Shown in pieces: positions 29,401 to 42,625 of a stretch of 64,000 nucleotides of DNA. Both the position numbers and the translations under genes were made by a program. Origin of the DNA: Bugula neritina (taxonomy: Eukaryota; Animalia; Bryozoa); the NCBI GenBank assembly GCA_964035545.1, contig OZ037767.1:16548581-16612580 (forward strand), given 5' to 3'. Within the stretch, counting starts at the first letter, position 1. Every line of letters begins with the position of its first letter. A model generated the notes under the pieces. The model ran no database searches. It was given only the letters and a program-made list of their open reading frames with translations, and had not been told where the DNA came from.

Positions 29401-30128
29401 ATGGGAGACAACCTACAGTAACGTTATTCTATTATATACTAACAAGATCTTGGCTACATTTGTTCCATGTGAATAAGTAAACTAATGATTACCTACTTTC
29501 TCTACCATCTCCTTCCAGAATCTCTTGAAGTTATCATACTGTGTTTCTAGTGAAAACAACTTTTCCTTCAACTCTTTATTTTCTTCTTCTATAATCTTTC
29601 TTTCTCTTTCACTCTCTCTTCTTACACTTCTGATCTCTTCTGTGAGCCTCACTATGAGTTTCTCTTCTACTTCCTGTTTAGTTTGTGTCAAGGTCGCAGC
29701 AGACGGTTTCTCTCTAGCAGCAGATGAGATGCTGTCAATATCTCTGTACACAGAGGAGAACTGAGTCACTGTGTACGTCAGCAATACAAACCAGAGTATG
29801 AGATTAATTAAACAGAGTACCACAACAATCCAGTGAGTACTTCCTCTCAATACTTCCTTCCATGTTGGAGTTGTTGGCTCGTTCTTTATCTGCTTCTCTT
29901 CCTAATAAATATCAGAGTCAACATTTAGTATGGGAAATACAGCATGTTGTGAGTTTCCGTATGTTATGTCCTTAGAGATTTGCAATGATATGGGCTTCCA
30001 CTTAGTAAAAAGTAGAAACATTTTTCTAGTACGAAACACACAGCATTTTAATTAGTTTTTTTTTCATGAAATGTTTCCTCCTCAAAGCCATTTTATAGAA
30101 TACAGAATATAATATCAATACTTACCAT
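26415..30128 (-). CDS. Type II transmembrane collagen/C-type lectin receptor, copy A (~722 aa; CTLD motifs EPR / VND). Exons: 30126-30128 (ATG only), 29497-29901, 29266-29412, 28906-29164, 28175-28798, 27555-27833, 27360-27404, 27020-27193, 26707-26823, 26415-26530
   Basis: [22 protein letters not shown]; coiled coil; ~99 Gly-X-Y triplets; CTLD WDEAKEFC...IWLGG...RWNDGS...DEPRY...CV...VNDYGC...FICQ; the spliced frame is open. Confidence 0.85.
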
Positions 30129-31968
30129 GTTGAAGGAGATGCTGAGAGTTTATCTTATCTAATGATTATTAACTTAGTCTAAAATGCTGCTATGTTTTTG
30201 TCTGCAGTTATGTTTGAATGAAATTGCCAAAAGTAACAAGACTTAGTTGCTGTGAAGAGCGAAAGGGGTGTAAGGGGGTGGAAGAAGTGACACATATAGA
30301 ATATATTGTATATAAATACAAATATAATTATAGTATTTTTCTCAAGACAATTAACTCAGGAGGGGGTCACGTAGTTGCGCCTGAGGTAAAGGAATATGAA
30401 ATCAATTTCTATTTCGCGCATCAAGTCCATAGTTTCATTTCACATTTTCTACTCAATCCACTCCTTTTATTTATCCTCACTTCTCACCAAACTGCTCAAA
30501 GCAAAAAGTCTCTAAAAATAATATTTAGAGATAAAACATTATGTCTATTCTAACAACTAGAGCAGTTTTCATTGTCAACATCATATCACAAGAAGTGTAG
30601 GGGAATACCCTTGTAGGAAGATTTGTCTCAGGGAATGACATTGCAAATTGATCATATCAACATCATTATGTAAATAAAACCACATGATATATATCGTAGC
30701 TTTTGGCAATGGAAGATTTTTAGCAAGTGAGAGAAACCAAATTTCAGTTTCTAGTCATAAGAAACCATGTTTAGAGAACTCAGAGGTTGGAGCACGTGTA
30801 TGATAGGGACTTAGCAATGTTCATAGGAAACAATATTATTTGTACAAAGGTGACAACTCCTGATAATAATTATACAGTTTTCAACTACATCAAGAGTTAT
30901 CCTCACATGTATAATTATTGATCCAGTTACTTGGAGGTATTATGTGAAATATAATAACAATTGAGAAATATTTCTTGTTTCTAACTAAATATAACTTTGT
31001 TATAAATAAACTAATTATGATGAATTATAGTTCATTAATTCACAGATGGTATTATAAATTACGTAATAGTCAAATAGTCAAATTTACAATCAGCTGAGAT
31101 ATGATACCTGTGATACCTTTACAACTCCTTTTGCTACCCAATTACCTTATTCGCAATTTATAAATATACCTTGGAGTTGCATCAGGAAACAGTAACCATG
31201 ACGACGAAACAACGGCATACAATTTATACTATGAAAAGGTAGTATCAGCTGCTCCATATAGTTTTAATATTTCCAACTTTTCAGTCAGAAAGTTAATATT
31301 TCTGTACAAACAACTGAACTGACCAGTAAATCAGTATTCTGTATTACTAGTAGCCATTAGTATACAATGCGATTTATTTTGAGTTTGAAAATTATAGTGT
31401 TTTAATTTCGATTTGGATAATATACTTTTATATAGAAATACAATTTGAATATAGCAGTAGAAAAACAGAATTATAAAAATATATGCGTTATTCAATTAAT
31501 TTAGTACAACCCATAAATTTCAGCGTTATAATAATGGCATTGTATTGTATATTTGGGAATCTCAAACTGACAGCTACTTGGGGAATTTAATAACAATCTA
31601 TGATAACCTTATATGATTGGCTGATATATAATAGTGAGTCATTGTAGTAAATGGGAATATATCAGAATGACAGGGAAAGCAGGTGCCCTTTTTCACATTC
31701 CCACCATATGCAGCTGTCAGATAAGTTGAGATGTGATTATATAACAGTAACTCAAAAAGCAGACATTAGTATTCAATGTAGAACTTATATAGTACTACTT
31801 TTTAATTGATGATGATAATAATATAATATGCTATAAAATAATTCTGGTATTATTATTGTTTTGTTCATTATTTCAAAGTGTTACACAGTTGATAAAAAAG
31901 GACATTATAGTTTCCATTTCAATATAACAATATAACAATATATATATAATATATCATATATATAATAT

Positions 31969-32009
<41 letters not shown>

Positions 32010-32015
<6 letters not shown>

Positions 32016-32430
32016 GTATACGAGAAACATTGTTATTTATTACTTTATTATAGGTAAAGTAATTACACTGATATTTCGGGTACCACTGTACCCATCTTCA
32101 GAGTAGCAATGAATGAAATTCAAAAATTAATATGTTACGTTAGACGTTACGTTACGTTAGTGGTAGAGATGTGTTGATAAATTTTGGAATTGATGTCATT
32201 GCAGTGTTCATGTATCCTGTGTGATAGGCGACGTCCGGTTTCGCCTACATATGTTTGTTAACAGGTAGCTTCAGGGCAGGTTATTTTGTAGACTAGGTTG
32301 TGAATGTGTTCTTTATTGGTTTTATCTTTGAGATTAAAATGTGAACTTAAGGGGGTTCCTTTAAATAAAATACGGGCATTGAGTTCATTTGAAAAAGAGT
32401 CTGTAATTAATTTATGACATTCAATGACAT
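32010..32430 (-). mobile_element. Penelope-like retroelement 3' fragment (GIY-YIG endonuclease remnant plus hammerhead-bearing end)
   Basis: The - strand translates as HFNLKDKTNKEHIHNLVYKITCPEATC*QTYVGETGRRLSHRIHEH, a typical PLE GIY-YIG with an internal stop; it abuts (TA)n. Confidence 0.85.
32066..32105 (-). ncRNA. Minimal type I hammerhead ribozyme
   Basis: The - strand reads tact CTGAAGA t gggtac-agtg-gtaccc GAAA ta TC agtg: intact core, 6-bp stem II, vestigial palindromic stem III. Confidence 0.75.
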
Positions 32431-32614
32431 TCAGTGATTGAGCACTTTCACCATGGTCACAAACTCAAGCTGCTAGCATTTTGCAATGCTCGTGACTCCT
32501 AGGTGACCCCTAGAGTCACTTGAGCTCTTTGGCTTGAGTTTACACACCTTTTAAATATGCTTTTGTAAAACTATAAGTTTTACTATTGCGAAGGTGTGGG
32601 CCATGGTACTCTGT

Positions 32615-32661
32615 TCTGTGCTGATGAGGGGACAAATCCCGAAACAGCTGCTGTCCACAGA
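32615..32661 (+). ncRNA. Type I hammerhead ribozyme
   Basis: tctgtg CTGATGA g ggga-caaa-tccc GAAA cagc-t-gctg TC cacaga: all three stems pair, with predicted GUC cleavage after 32655. Confidence 0.85.
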
Positions 32662-32663
32662 TT

Positions 32664-32666
<3 letters not shown>

Positions 32667-32752
<86 letters not shown>
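32667..32752. repeat. (TA)n microsatellite; a second tract lies at ~31940-32009
   Basis: Seen directly. Confidence 0.97.
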
Positions 32753-32755
<3 letters not shown>

Positions 32756-32934
32756 GCTGTAGAGTTACCAATTTTAATATGGTCAGTTGGTATGCTGGTT
32801 CCAATATATTATATAAGCATATGGCAAACACATATAATATGTGACTGAAAAAAATATGTATAGAAAAAATATGTTTTGTTTAGTTTTAGAAAATAAAAAA
32901 TCAATTAAATTACACTAGTTTATTTTATAGTTGA

Positions 32935-33690
32935 ACTAACAACAAAGTAACTGGTATGATATACTTAGCTTCAAAGTTTTTACCATACAAAGCTTTGATT
33001 TTATTATATAACAGTCTGATAAACAGCAAACTTACATATTGCTTAGAAGCCTGGGGAAATGCCCCTAAAACCCATCTGAACAAGTTGCTTTTAATTCAAA
33101 AACGCATTATTCGCATTATTTTCCACAAATCACCTACTGAACACGTCACCTCTATTTATCAAAGCAGAAATTCTTCCTATTGATCTCTTGTATATCTACC
33201 GCCTATGTCTTCTTGGTCATTCAGCTTATTATACTCCATCTCACACCAAACAACCACCAACTTACCTCACCAGACATTCTGAACTTTCCTTACCCTTACC
33301 TCTCTCTACCTCCGCAGCAGGTCATCGTCAAGTGTCTTACCAGATGTCTAGCAATTGGAATAAACTACCTCTGACTTTAAGACATCATCAAAGCTTTGCC
33401 ACATTAAAAATATTGTTGAAAAAGCACCTACTAAAATCTTTAACTTAATCTGAATAAATAGTTCCCACTATTTTTTCAACTGCCACTTGGGCCCCGCTCC
33501 TTGAATAGCTATGCTACTGAGCACATGGGCCCCCATCTTGACTTCGATTGATATTATATATAAATTGAATTTAGCTCTTTTTGTGTTACTGTTGTATATT
33601 TGTATTTTTTTGTCCTTTTGTTTTTTTTTTGAATTTTGCTGTAAATCTGAAAGAACATTTTTATTTGTTTATAATATTAAATAAATAAAG
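32935..33690 (+). mobile_element. 5'-truncated non-LTR retrotransposon (CR1/L2-like RT C-terminus plus 3' UTR), frameshifted
   Basis: ALILLYNSLINSKLTYCLEAWGNAPKTHLNKLLLIQKRIIRII and ...SNWNKLPLTLR...FATLKILLKKHL; ends in aataaataaa. Confidence 0.8.
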
Positions 33691-34229
33691 ATCAGATGCA
33701 ACAAAATCAGCAAAGTTTCAATATATTTGTTGTGTCCCACCCAGTGGCCCATTCTACCCTCTGTACCGAGGCACAATGAGCCGATTTTTTCATCATGAAA
33801 ATGTCATTATTCTGAAAGTTGTGAGAGAGATAGAAGCAACAAACTGATACCTGTAATAGACAACAGATGCAGCATTAAGACCAGAGCTTATTGAACTATT
33901 AACTTAAAAAACAGACGAATGAGAGAAAAAAGTTCAAAATTTGGCCCGTTGTGCCCTATTACCCCTACAGTTGATAAAAAGGCCTTATAATTTTCATTTT
34001 AATAATATCTTAAGTTTTTCATTAAATTGAGAACGTGTATAATGTACTATACAAATTCAATACTTTTGAAAATTTTATTTATTATGTATATGTGATTGTA
34101 TTCAATAATTATAACCATAATAATCATTATAAAAACACAAACCAAAACATTCTCACTGAACTCAAATATAAACTAACAAAGTCTACTTCATTCAGTATCC
34201 GTCAAATATATGTATAGAATTCTTACTGC

Positions 34230-35284
34230 AGTATAAAATATTATAATAATATCATATTACAGTAGAATATAGTATAGAAATATTATATTATACAGTATTA
34301 TATATAGTCTAATATAATATCACATTACAGTATTATATAGTATAAAATAATATCCCATTACAGTATTATATAATATAATATCCCATTACAGTATTATATA
34401 GTATAATATAATATCATATTACAGTATTATATAGTATAATATAATATCACATTACAGTATTATATATAGTATAATATAATATCCCATATTACAGTATTAT
34501 ATAGTATAATATAATATCCCATATTACAGTATTATATAGTATAATATAATATCACATTACAGTATTATATAGTATAATATAACATCACATTACAGTATTA
34601 TATAGTATAATATAATATCACATTACAGTATTATATAGTATAATATAATATCACATTACAGTATTATATAGTATAATATAACATCACATTACAGTATTAT
34701 ATAGTATAATATAATATCACATTACAGTATTATATAGTATAATATAACATCACATTACAGTATTATATAGTATAATATAATATCACATTACAGTATTATA
34801 TAGTATAATATAATATCACATTACAGTATTATATAGTATAATATAACATCACATTACAGTATTATATAGTATAATATAATATCACATTACAGTATTATAT
34901 AGTATAATATAATATCACATTACAGTATTATATAGTATAATATAACATCACATTACAGTATTATATAGTATAATATAATATCACATAACAGTATTATGTA
35001 GTATAATATAATATCACATTACAGTATCATATAGTATAATATAATATCATATTACATTATTATATAGTATAATATAATATCACATTACAGTATTATATAG
35101 TATAATATAATATCATATTACAGTATTATATAGTATAATATAATATCACATTACAGTATTATATAGTATAATATAATATCATACTACAGTATTATATAGT
35201 ATAATATAATATCATATTACAGTATTATATAGTATAATATCACATTACAGTATTATATAGTATAATAAAATATCATATTACAGT
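34230..35284. repeat. AT-rich ~31-bp satellite (atataatatcacattacagtattatatagta)
   Basis: More than 30 tandem copies in the 3' flank of copy B. Confidence 0.95.
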
Positions 35285-35926
35285 GTTTCTTCAATTCTCT
35301 GCATGTATCTCACAGCTATCCTCTTTGATTTCAATATGATTACTATTTTTATTTTATAGCACATGATGAAATGCTTATAATTTATTTATATTCATTTTAA
35401 GGTATATATATATTCATAGGTTTTGATTTCATTAAATTACATTATATTGAAAATAATCTGCTTCACACACAGGGTGTTAATAAGCTTATAAAATCTCCAA
35501 TTAAACCCAACAATTGAAGCCTGTTTCTCTTTGAGATCAATATAATATATAGTATATAAAGTAATGAGAGTTTATTTAGAAGTTGTGTCACCCTGTAAGA
35601 AGTTATAACTCCACTATATTCTACATACTATAGAGTATAGAGTATAGAAGAAAGAGTAAAAGAGTGTGAGTTATTACACATAGTAATTACCTTCAACAGT
35701 AAAGTTATACACGTAATGGCATGTTTATATACACAATATAACTTATAAACAGTATATAGTATACTGTGCTTTGTATACATTTTCACAGTTACTTTCCTTC
35801 TGACAATTTTATAAAAGAATAATCTTATTATATTTTCAACTTTCAAAATGATTTTACAACACATTCATTACAAATTGTTAATGAGTACATGTATGAAATA
35901 CTAGCATAATATTAATTCAGTCATTG

Positions 35927-38900
35927 TTACATAATTATAGCAGTTTGACAGAGAAATGATCTTTCCTTGTTACAGTAAAAATCATTAAGTTTCCAGACAC
36001 CTTGGAACCATTTCAGCTCAACACAGTTTTCACCGCTTTCTGAAAAATAATGGTGAGACAATTACTAAATTGCAGAATTACATAACTTATAGTATTTATT
36101 TGAAAAGTTGTCTTCCCTGATTAAAAAAGCGAATCTAAAGAAAGTGCTGTACCACAACCCAGATTTAGATCTGCAAACTTATTTCTGGAAATATAACTCA
36201 CAGTTGAGAGTTGAAAGTGTGGTATGTGATATGTAACACAACACGCTAAACACAACATTTGACATGTGTATTTGACAGCATTATATGACATGTAGTACAA
36301 CAAATGATGTTGTGTAACACAGTACATGTAACACAACATAACATGCTACATGTAGCCTACTACTATAGTAACAGCACGTAACGTGTACTACTACAGTAAC
36401 AGCACGTAACGTGTACTACTACAGTAGCAGCACGTAACGTGTACTACTAGCAATTTCATCACCTGAGTCGTTTGGTTCTCCAGAATGCCAGAAAGAATCA
36501 GGAATGGAGCTGCCATCAATCCACCTTTGAACACCAGAAGCTTTTGTTCCACCAACCCAAATATGTTTAATGGCTGTAATTGAAACATACTTTGTAAAAA
36601 GATCTGAAATGAAAGAAAATAATTTCTAATCATTAACATTTTGGTGGGGTTGTCCTAGTATATCTCATTTTAAACACTATTGAAAACTTTTCATAATATT
36701 TTATTTAACCATCCATGAATTCCATGTATTGAGAACGGAAGTAAAATCTTGCAAAAACGAATTTGAGAAAAACTTGGCTAGGAAGAAAAAAACATGTGTA
36801 TTAAATAGCTGTAATATTGAAAACATTTCCACAATTATGAGAATTCTAAAGTCTAATCTGACTCCATGAACTGAAGGCAGTTTAAATCAGTGAATCAATT
36901 CATTCTGTAAAGTTTTTAAAAGTTGTTAAAGTAAAAGTAATATTGATATTTAATTATTTCCTCAGAGCTGACAAGTAATATTAATGTGTATTATGTGATA
37001 CACATTTTGTGACTGTTAGTACTTAGTAGGCATCAGTTCACGTAAGTATAAGGTGTAAGGTGTAAGAATACAGGTGTAGGAATACAGGTGTAAGGATACA
37101 GGTGTATGAATACAGGTGTAGGGATACAGGTGTAGGGATACAGGTATAGGTATACAGGTGTAGAAATATAAAGAGACACACGTTATACTCACCAGAAAAA
37201 GCTTCAAGTTTGTTGAAGAACTCCTGACTCTCGTCCCTGGAACTTGGTATAATAGTAAGTTGTCTCCCCTTTTGCACGGCACAAAACTCTTTGGCCTTTT
37301 CCCAACTTTCTGATACACTAGTGTGTAGTGTGTAGACACTCTTTCCCACCAGAAATCCTGTACCTATATAGTACTATGTGTATAGTTACATTATTTTATT
37401 CAGCTGCATCATACCTTCAAATGATCTTTTTTGAAAATGTAAATTCAATAAATTCCTCTCAACATTTATTCACAGTAACATGACTTCAGGAAGGTGTGTG
37501 TGTGTGCCCGCGCGCGTGCATGGTGTGTGCGTGTGTGTGTGTATGTAGTGTGCGTCTGCAAAGTTGGTGCATGTGAGTGTGTGTGAGCTATAACGTACCA
37601 CCAGTAAACAACTTACCTCCAGTTGATGCTAGTAAAAAATCAACAAGTTCACTGCTCATTGCATCATCTCCTACAATACATTAGACACATCATAATTCAC
37701 ACCATAAAGTGTCTACTGACTGAGAATATCGGACTAACTGAAACACGTATTATACAAAATACAGTTGAGTTGAATAATTGATGATGAATTTTAAATTTAA
37801 TTTATCTGCCTTTTGCAATCACATTTAGTATTGAAATAAACCGAGTTGAGAAGTTGTTTGTACCTGGTGTTCCACCTAAACCGAGTGTTCCGTCTGCACC
37901 TGGTGTTCCATCTACACCAGGTGTTCCATCTATACCATTAGTACCTGGAGTTCCATCTAATCCGGGAGGTCCCCGTAACCCACCTGAGCATAAAGCAGAC
38001 ATTCTATTAAAACATGCTGACAAGTTGTTCCACTTCAACACAGAAGAGAAAACAGACTAATATCAATCTGAGGCTATTCATAATAATGTTGATACAAGAG
38101 TATTTCTGCTCATAGAATAGATGACTCCAATGTTGGCTTCCAGCCAACTTTTGTAGAATGCGGTAACTTGTATAATGCTAGGGTGTGATAAGTAAATACA
38201 TTTATATTTACCTATCTCCATGAGCTCTAGAGTTGTATTATATTATATATTTACCTATCTCCATGAGCTCTAGAGTTGTATTATATTATATATTTACCTA
38301 TCTCCATGAGCTCTAGAGTTGTATTATATTATATATTCACCTCTCTCCATGAGCTCTAGAGTTGTATTATATTATATATTCACCTATCTCCATGAGCTCT
38401 AGAGTTGTATTATATTATATATTCACCTATCTCCATGAGCTCTAGAGTTGTATTATATTATATATTTACCTATCTCCATGAGCTCTAGAGTTGTATTCAT
38501 TATAGTAGATATAACATCTGTAGGAAACAAATCAGGTATCACAACTTCTCTACCATCTTTTCCTGGAAGTCCAGGAGGTCCATTTACTCCCTTATCTCCC
38601 TTTCTACCATCTACCAATACACATAGTATAAGAACAACAAATCATATAGGTAGATACACTGCTGTATATGTAACAAAGCTATTGTTATCTCACCTAATCC
38701 AGGTATTCCAGGTGATCCAGGTGAGCCAGAATCTCCCTTGTCTCCAGTCAGTCCTTGATTACCTGTAACAAAAATATAACCAGTCAAAAGGGAATATCCA
38801 TAAATTGTAATGAAAACTTGGTAAGCAAGACATAAATATAATGATGGCAAATAGTTGTATAACTTGATGATGTCATACTTCAACATAAAATATAACTGAC

Positions 38901-40411
38901 AGTCATAGCAGTAACCTTTTTCACCTCGAACTCCTTGCATACCAACTTTACCAGGATCTCCCTTTAACCCACGAGCTCCTCTCACACCGGGTTCTCCTTT
39001 GATTCCGACTGATCCCTTTTTTCCAGATATCCCCTTGTCTCCCTTTTCTCCAGAAACTCCTGGTCTTCCACGGTTGCCGGGTTCTCCGTCTTCACCATTA
39101 TCTCCCCGCATTCCTTTATCACCCTTCTCACCTTGAGCTCCAGCTGGTCCGGAAACACCAGGCTCACCTTTTAAACCAGTTGCACCATCTATACCTGGAA
39201 GTCCGTGTATTCCATCATCTCCTCTATCCCCCTTTGGTCCTTGTCGACAAGCTACACAGGATCATGTATTGTGAGTATGATAATCTGAGTGACACAACTT
39301 TTATACCAGATTTGACTTTAGACTAGAAAATACTCACCAAGTAGTCTAATAATATCTTCAGGTAGAGGTAGGTTGGTGTCATCATAGCTGGGGTACCTTT
39401 CTTTAGTTGGTAAGGGGGTGTGATGGAAGCCCCTTAAACTTGTCTTCATTATCTTAGGTTCATAGCTATGTTGGTTTCCCTGAGTGATGTTGCGCACTTC
39501 TTCAGTGTTGTAAACACTTTCATTGGTTGATTGTGCAGGTGAGTAGTGAAGCTCACTCGCATTGGTGTCTTCTAGCACCTCTCCACCAATCAGAATTGGA
39601 GATTCACCATTCCCTGAGTCGGTACTTTCACTGTCTATAGAGGTGTTATTCATAATAAACACAGAGCTTGTAGTTACTTCTGGTCTCTCTACTCTCACTT
39701 CACTTTTATTTTCATGGGAGACAACCTACAGTAAAATTATTCTATTATATACCAACAAGATCTTGGCTACGCTTGTTTCATGTGAATAAGTAAACTAATG
39801 AATACATACTTTCTCTACCATCTCCTTCCAGAATCTCTTGAAGTTATCATATTGTGTTTCTAGTGAGAGCAACTTTTCCTTCAACTCTTTATTTTCTTCT
39901 TCTATAATCTTTTTTTCTCTTTCACTCTCTCTCCGTATGTCTCTTATCTCTTCCACTTCCTGTTTAGTTTGTGTCAAGGTCGCGGCAGACGGTTTCTCTC
40001 TAGCAGCAGATGAGATGCTGTCAATATCTCTGTACACAGAGGAGAACTGAGTCACTGTGTACGTCAGCAATACAAACCAAAGTATGAGATTAATTAAACA
40101 GAGTACCACAACAATCCAGTGAGTACTTCCTTTCAATACTTCCTTCCATGTTGGAGTTGTTAGCTCGTTCTTTATCTGCTTCTCTTCCTGATAAATATCA
40201 GAGTCAACATTTAGTATGAGAAATACAGCATGCTGTGAGTTTCTGTGTTATGTTCTTAGAGATATCTGCAATGTGGTGTTTTACTTATTGAAAATTAGAA
40301 ATTTTTTTCTAGTATGAAACGCACAACATTTTAATTAGCTTTTCTTTTAAGAAATGTATTCTCCTCAAAGCTATTTCATAGAATACAGAATATAATATCA
40401 ATACTCACCAT
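35927..40411 (-). CDS. Type II transmembrane collagen/C-type lectin receptor, copy B (~637 aa; CTLD motifs EPN / LND). Exons: 40409-40411, 39810-40187, 39338-39725, 38916-39251, 38694-38762, 38470-38610, 37864-37983, 37617-37670, 37193-37363, 36463-36603 (alternative in-frame acceptor ~30 nt further in), 35927-36039
   Basis: Same TM/coiled-coil exon as A with a 9-aa deletion; interrupted collagen; CTLD WEKAKEFC...IWVGG...WIDGS...WHSGEPNDS...ENCVE...LNDFYC...FLCQ. Confidence 0.85.
38200..38497. repeat. ~43-bp tandem repeat of the exon end plus donor site (7 copies)
   Basis: The - strand unit is acaactctagagctcatggagatag|gtaaatatataatataat; paralog D has only 2 copies (54005-54080). Confidence 0.92.
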
Positions 40412-42020
40412 GTTGAAGGAGATGCTGAAAGTTTATCTTATTTAATGATCATTAACTTTGTCTAAAATGCCGCAATGTTTTTGTCTGCAGTTATATTTGA
40501 GTGAAATTGCCAAAAGTAACAAGACTTAGTTGCTGTGAAGAGAGAAAGGGGTGTAAGGGGGTGGAAGAGGTGACACATATAGAATATGTCGTACTTTAAA
40601 TACAAATATAATTATGGTATTTTTCTCAAGACAATTGACTCAGGAGGGGGTCACATAGTTGCCTGAATTAAAGGAATATGAAATCAATTTCTATTTCGCG
40701 CATCAAGTCCATATTTTCATTTCACCCTTTCTACTCAATCCACTCCTTTTATTTATCTACACCTCTCACCAAACTACTCAAAGCAAAAACTCTCTAAAAA
40801 TAATATTTAGAGATAAAACACTGTACTTATTCTAACAACTAGAGCAGTTTTCATTGTCAACATCATATCATAAGAAGTTCCAGGTTCCAAGTTCCAAGTG
40901 TAGGGGAATACCCTTGTAGGAAGATTTGTCCCAGGGATGACATTACAGATTGGTCACAAACACATCATTATGTCAATAATACCAAGTAATATATTATATA
41001 GTAGCTTTTGGCAAGTGAGAAAAACCAAAGTCCAGTTTCTAGTCATAAGAAACCATGTTTAGAGAACTCAGAGTTAGAGTATTGTTGGAGCATGTGTATG
41101 ATAGGGACTCAGCAATGTTCATAGGAAACAATAATATTTGTATAAAGGTGACAACTCCTAATAGTAGTTATACAGTTTTCAACCACATTGAGAGTTATCC
41201 TCACATGTACAAATATTGATTCAGTTACTTTGAGGTATTATATGGAATATGATAACAATTGAGAAATATTTATTGTTTCTAACTAAATATAGCTCTATTA
41301 TAAAGCATGATGCTGTAGAAACATAACCGATGAATTCTAGTACATTAATTCACAGATGGTATTATAATATGTAACAAATTAGTAGAATTTACAATCAGCT
41401 GAGATATGACACTGTGATACTTTTAAAATTTCTTTTTCTACCCAATTACTTTCACAATTCATAAATATCACCTAGAGTTGCATCAGGAAACAGTAACCAT
41501 GGCGATGAGACAATAACATATAATTTATGCTGTGAAAAGATAGCATCAACTGCTCCATATTCTAAATACATTTTCAGCTTTTCATGCAGAAAGTTGATAT
41601 TTCTGTACAAACAACTGAACTGACCAGTAAATCAACAACTTCTTCATTTTGATGTTGTTTCAGCTTTTGGTATGAGAATTGTATATGCTGTTTTTGGTTC
41701 TTTGTATAAAACCTATTCCTTTTGAGCATTTAGAGTTTGAAAAAGGTGTTTTAACAAATGTCTTGTTTTAATTTTAATTTTGATAATATTGTATATAGAA
41801 ATATAATTTGTATATATAGCAAGCAGTCTAAACACAAGAATTATAAAAATATATGCGTTATTCAATCAAGCAACTACAAACCATAAATTTTAGTGTGTTA
41901 TAATAATAACACTGTATTATATACTTGGGAATCTCAAACTGACAGCTACTTTGGGAATTTAATAACAATCTATGATAAACTTATATGATTGGCTGATATA
42001 ATGATGAGTCATTGCAGTAA

Positions 42021-42625
42021 TAATGAAAAAGTGAGATATCTTGGTGTGTTAGTGGATCAGAATTTGAGATTTCATGAACATGTACAATCAGTAGTTACAA
42101 CAGTATCAAGAAGAATGTATATTGTGAAAAATTTTGCGTATATCTTAGCTCTAAACCTCTAGCAAATATGCTTTTCAAAAGTTTCATCATGTCCCGCATC
42201 GCCTATCGTCTACCTACTATTTTTACTTGTATCTATGCCAGTGATAAAAAAGCCATTCGAAGGATTTTCAAAGATTCTCAAAACTTGGGATTGAGTATCT
42301 AAACATTGGTTTGCACATTCAGAAACTCACTAAAGAACTTTCCATCAAATATATAATAGACAATGACCATTTCATCAATAACTTTCTGAGTCAATGCCTT
42401 TCTGGAAGATATCGAATTATCAAATATAGAGGGGCATGGGGCAGAGATAGCTTCTTGCGACATCTTGTAAATACTTTAAACGAGCTTTTATTTTAAATAG
42501 TCTAACAGAGTTTTGACTTTTTCTCTTAATTTTGTTCATGCCTAGTTATGTTATAATCAGCATTTACACTGAATTTTGCAACGTGTTGTCATGTTTGTGA
42601 TATGTAATAAATCAATCAATCAATC
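42021..42625 (+). mobile_element. 5'-truncated LINE 3' end with (CAAT)n tail
   Basis: VRYLGVLVDQNLRFHEHVQSVV...LFKSFIMSRIAY is RT thumb-like; ends aataaatcaatcaatcaatc; absent from the paralogous flanks at ~31645 and ~57220; possible cagtaa TSD. Confidence 0.8.

Noticed and set aside
33740-33968. Possible MITE (ggcacaatgagcc / ggcccgttgtgcc inverted motifs)
   Set aside because: Only short internal inverted matches; termini and TSD could not be defined
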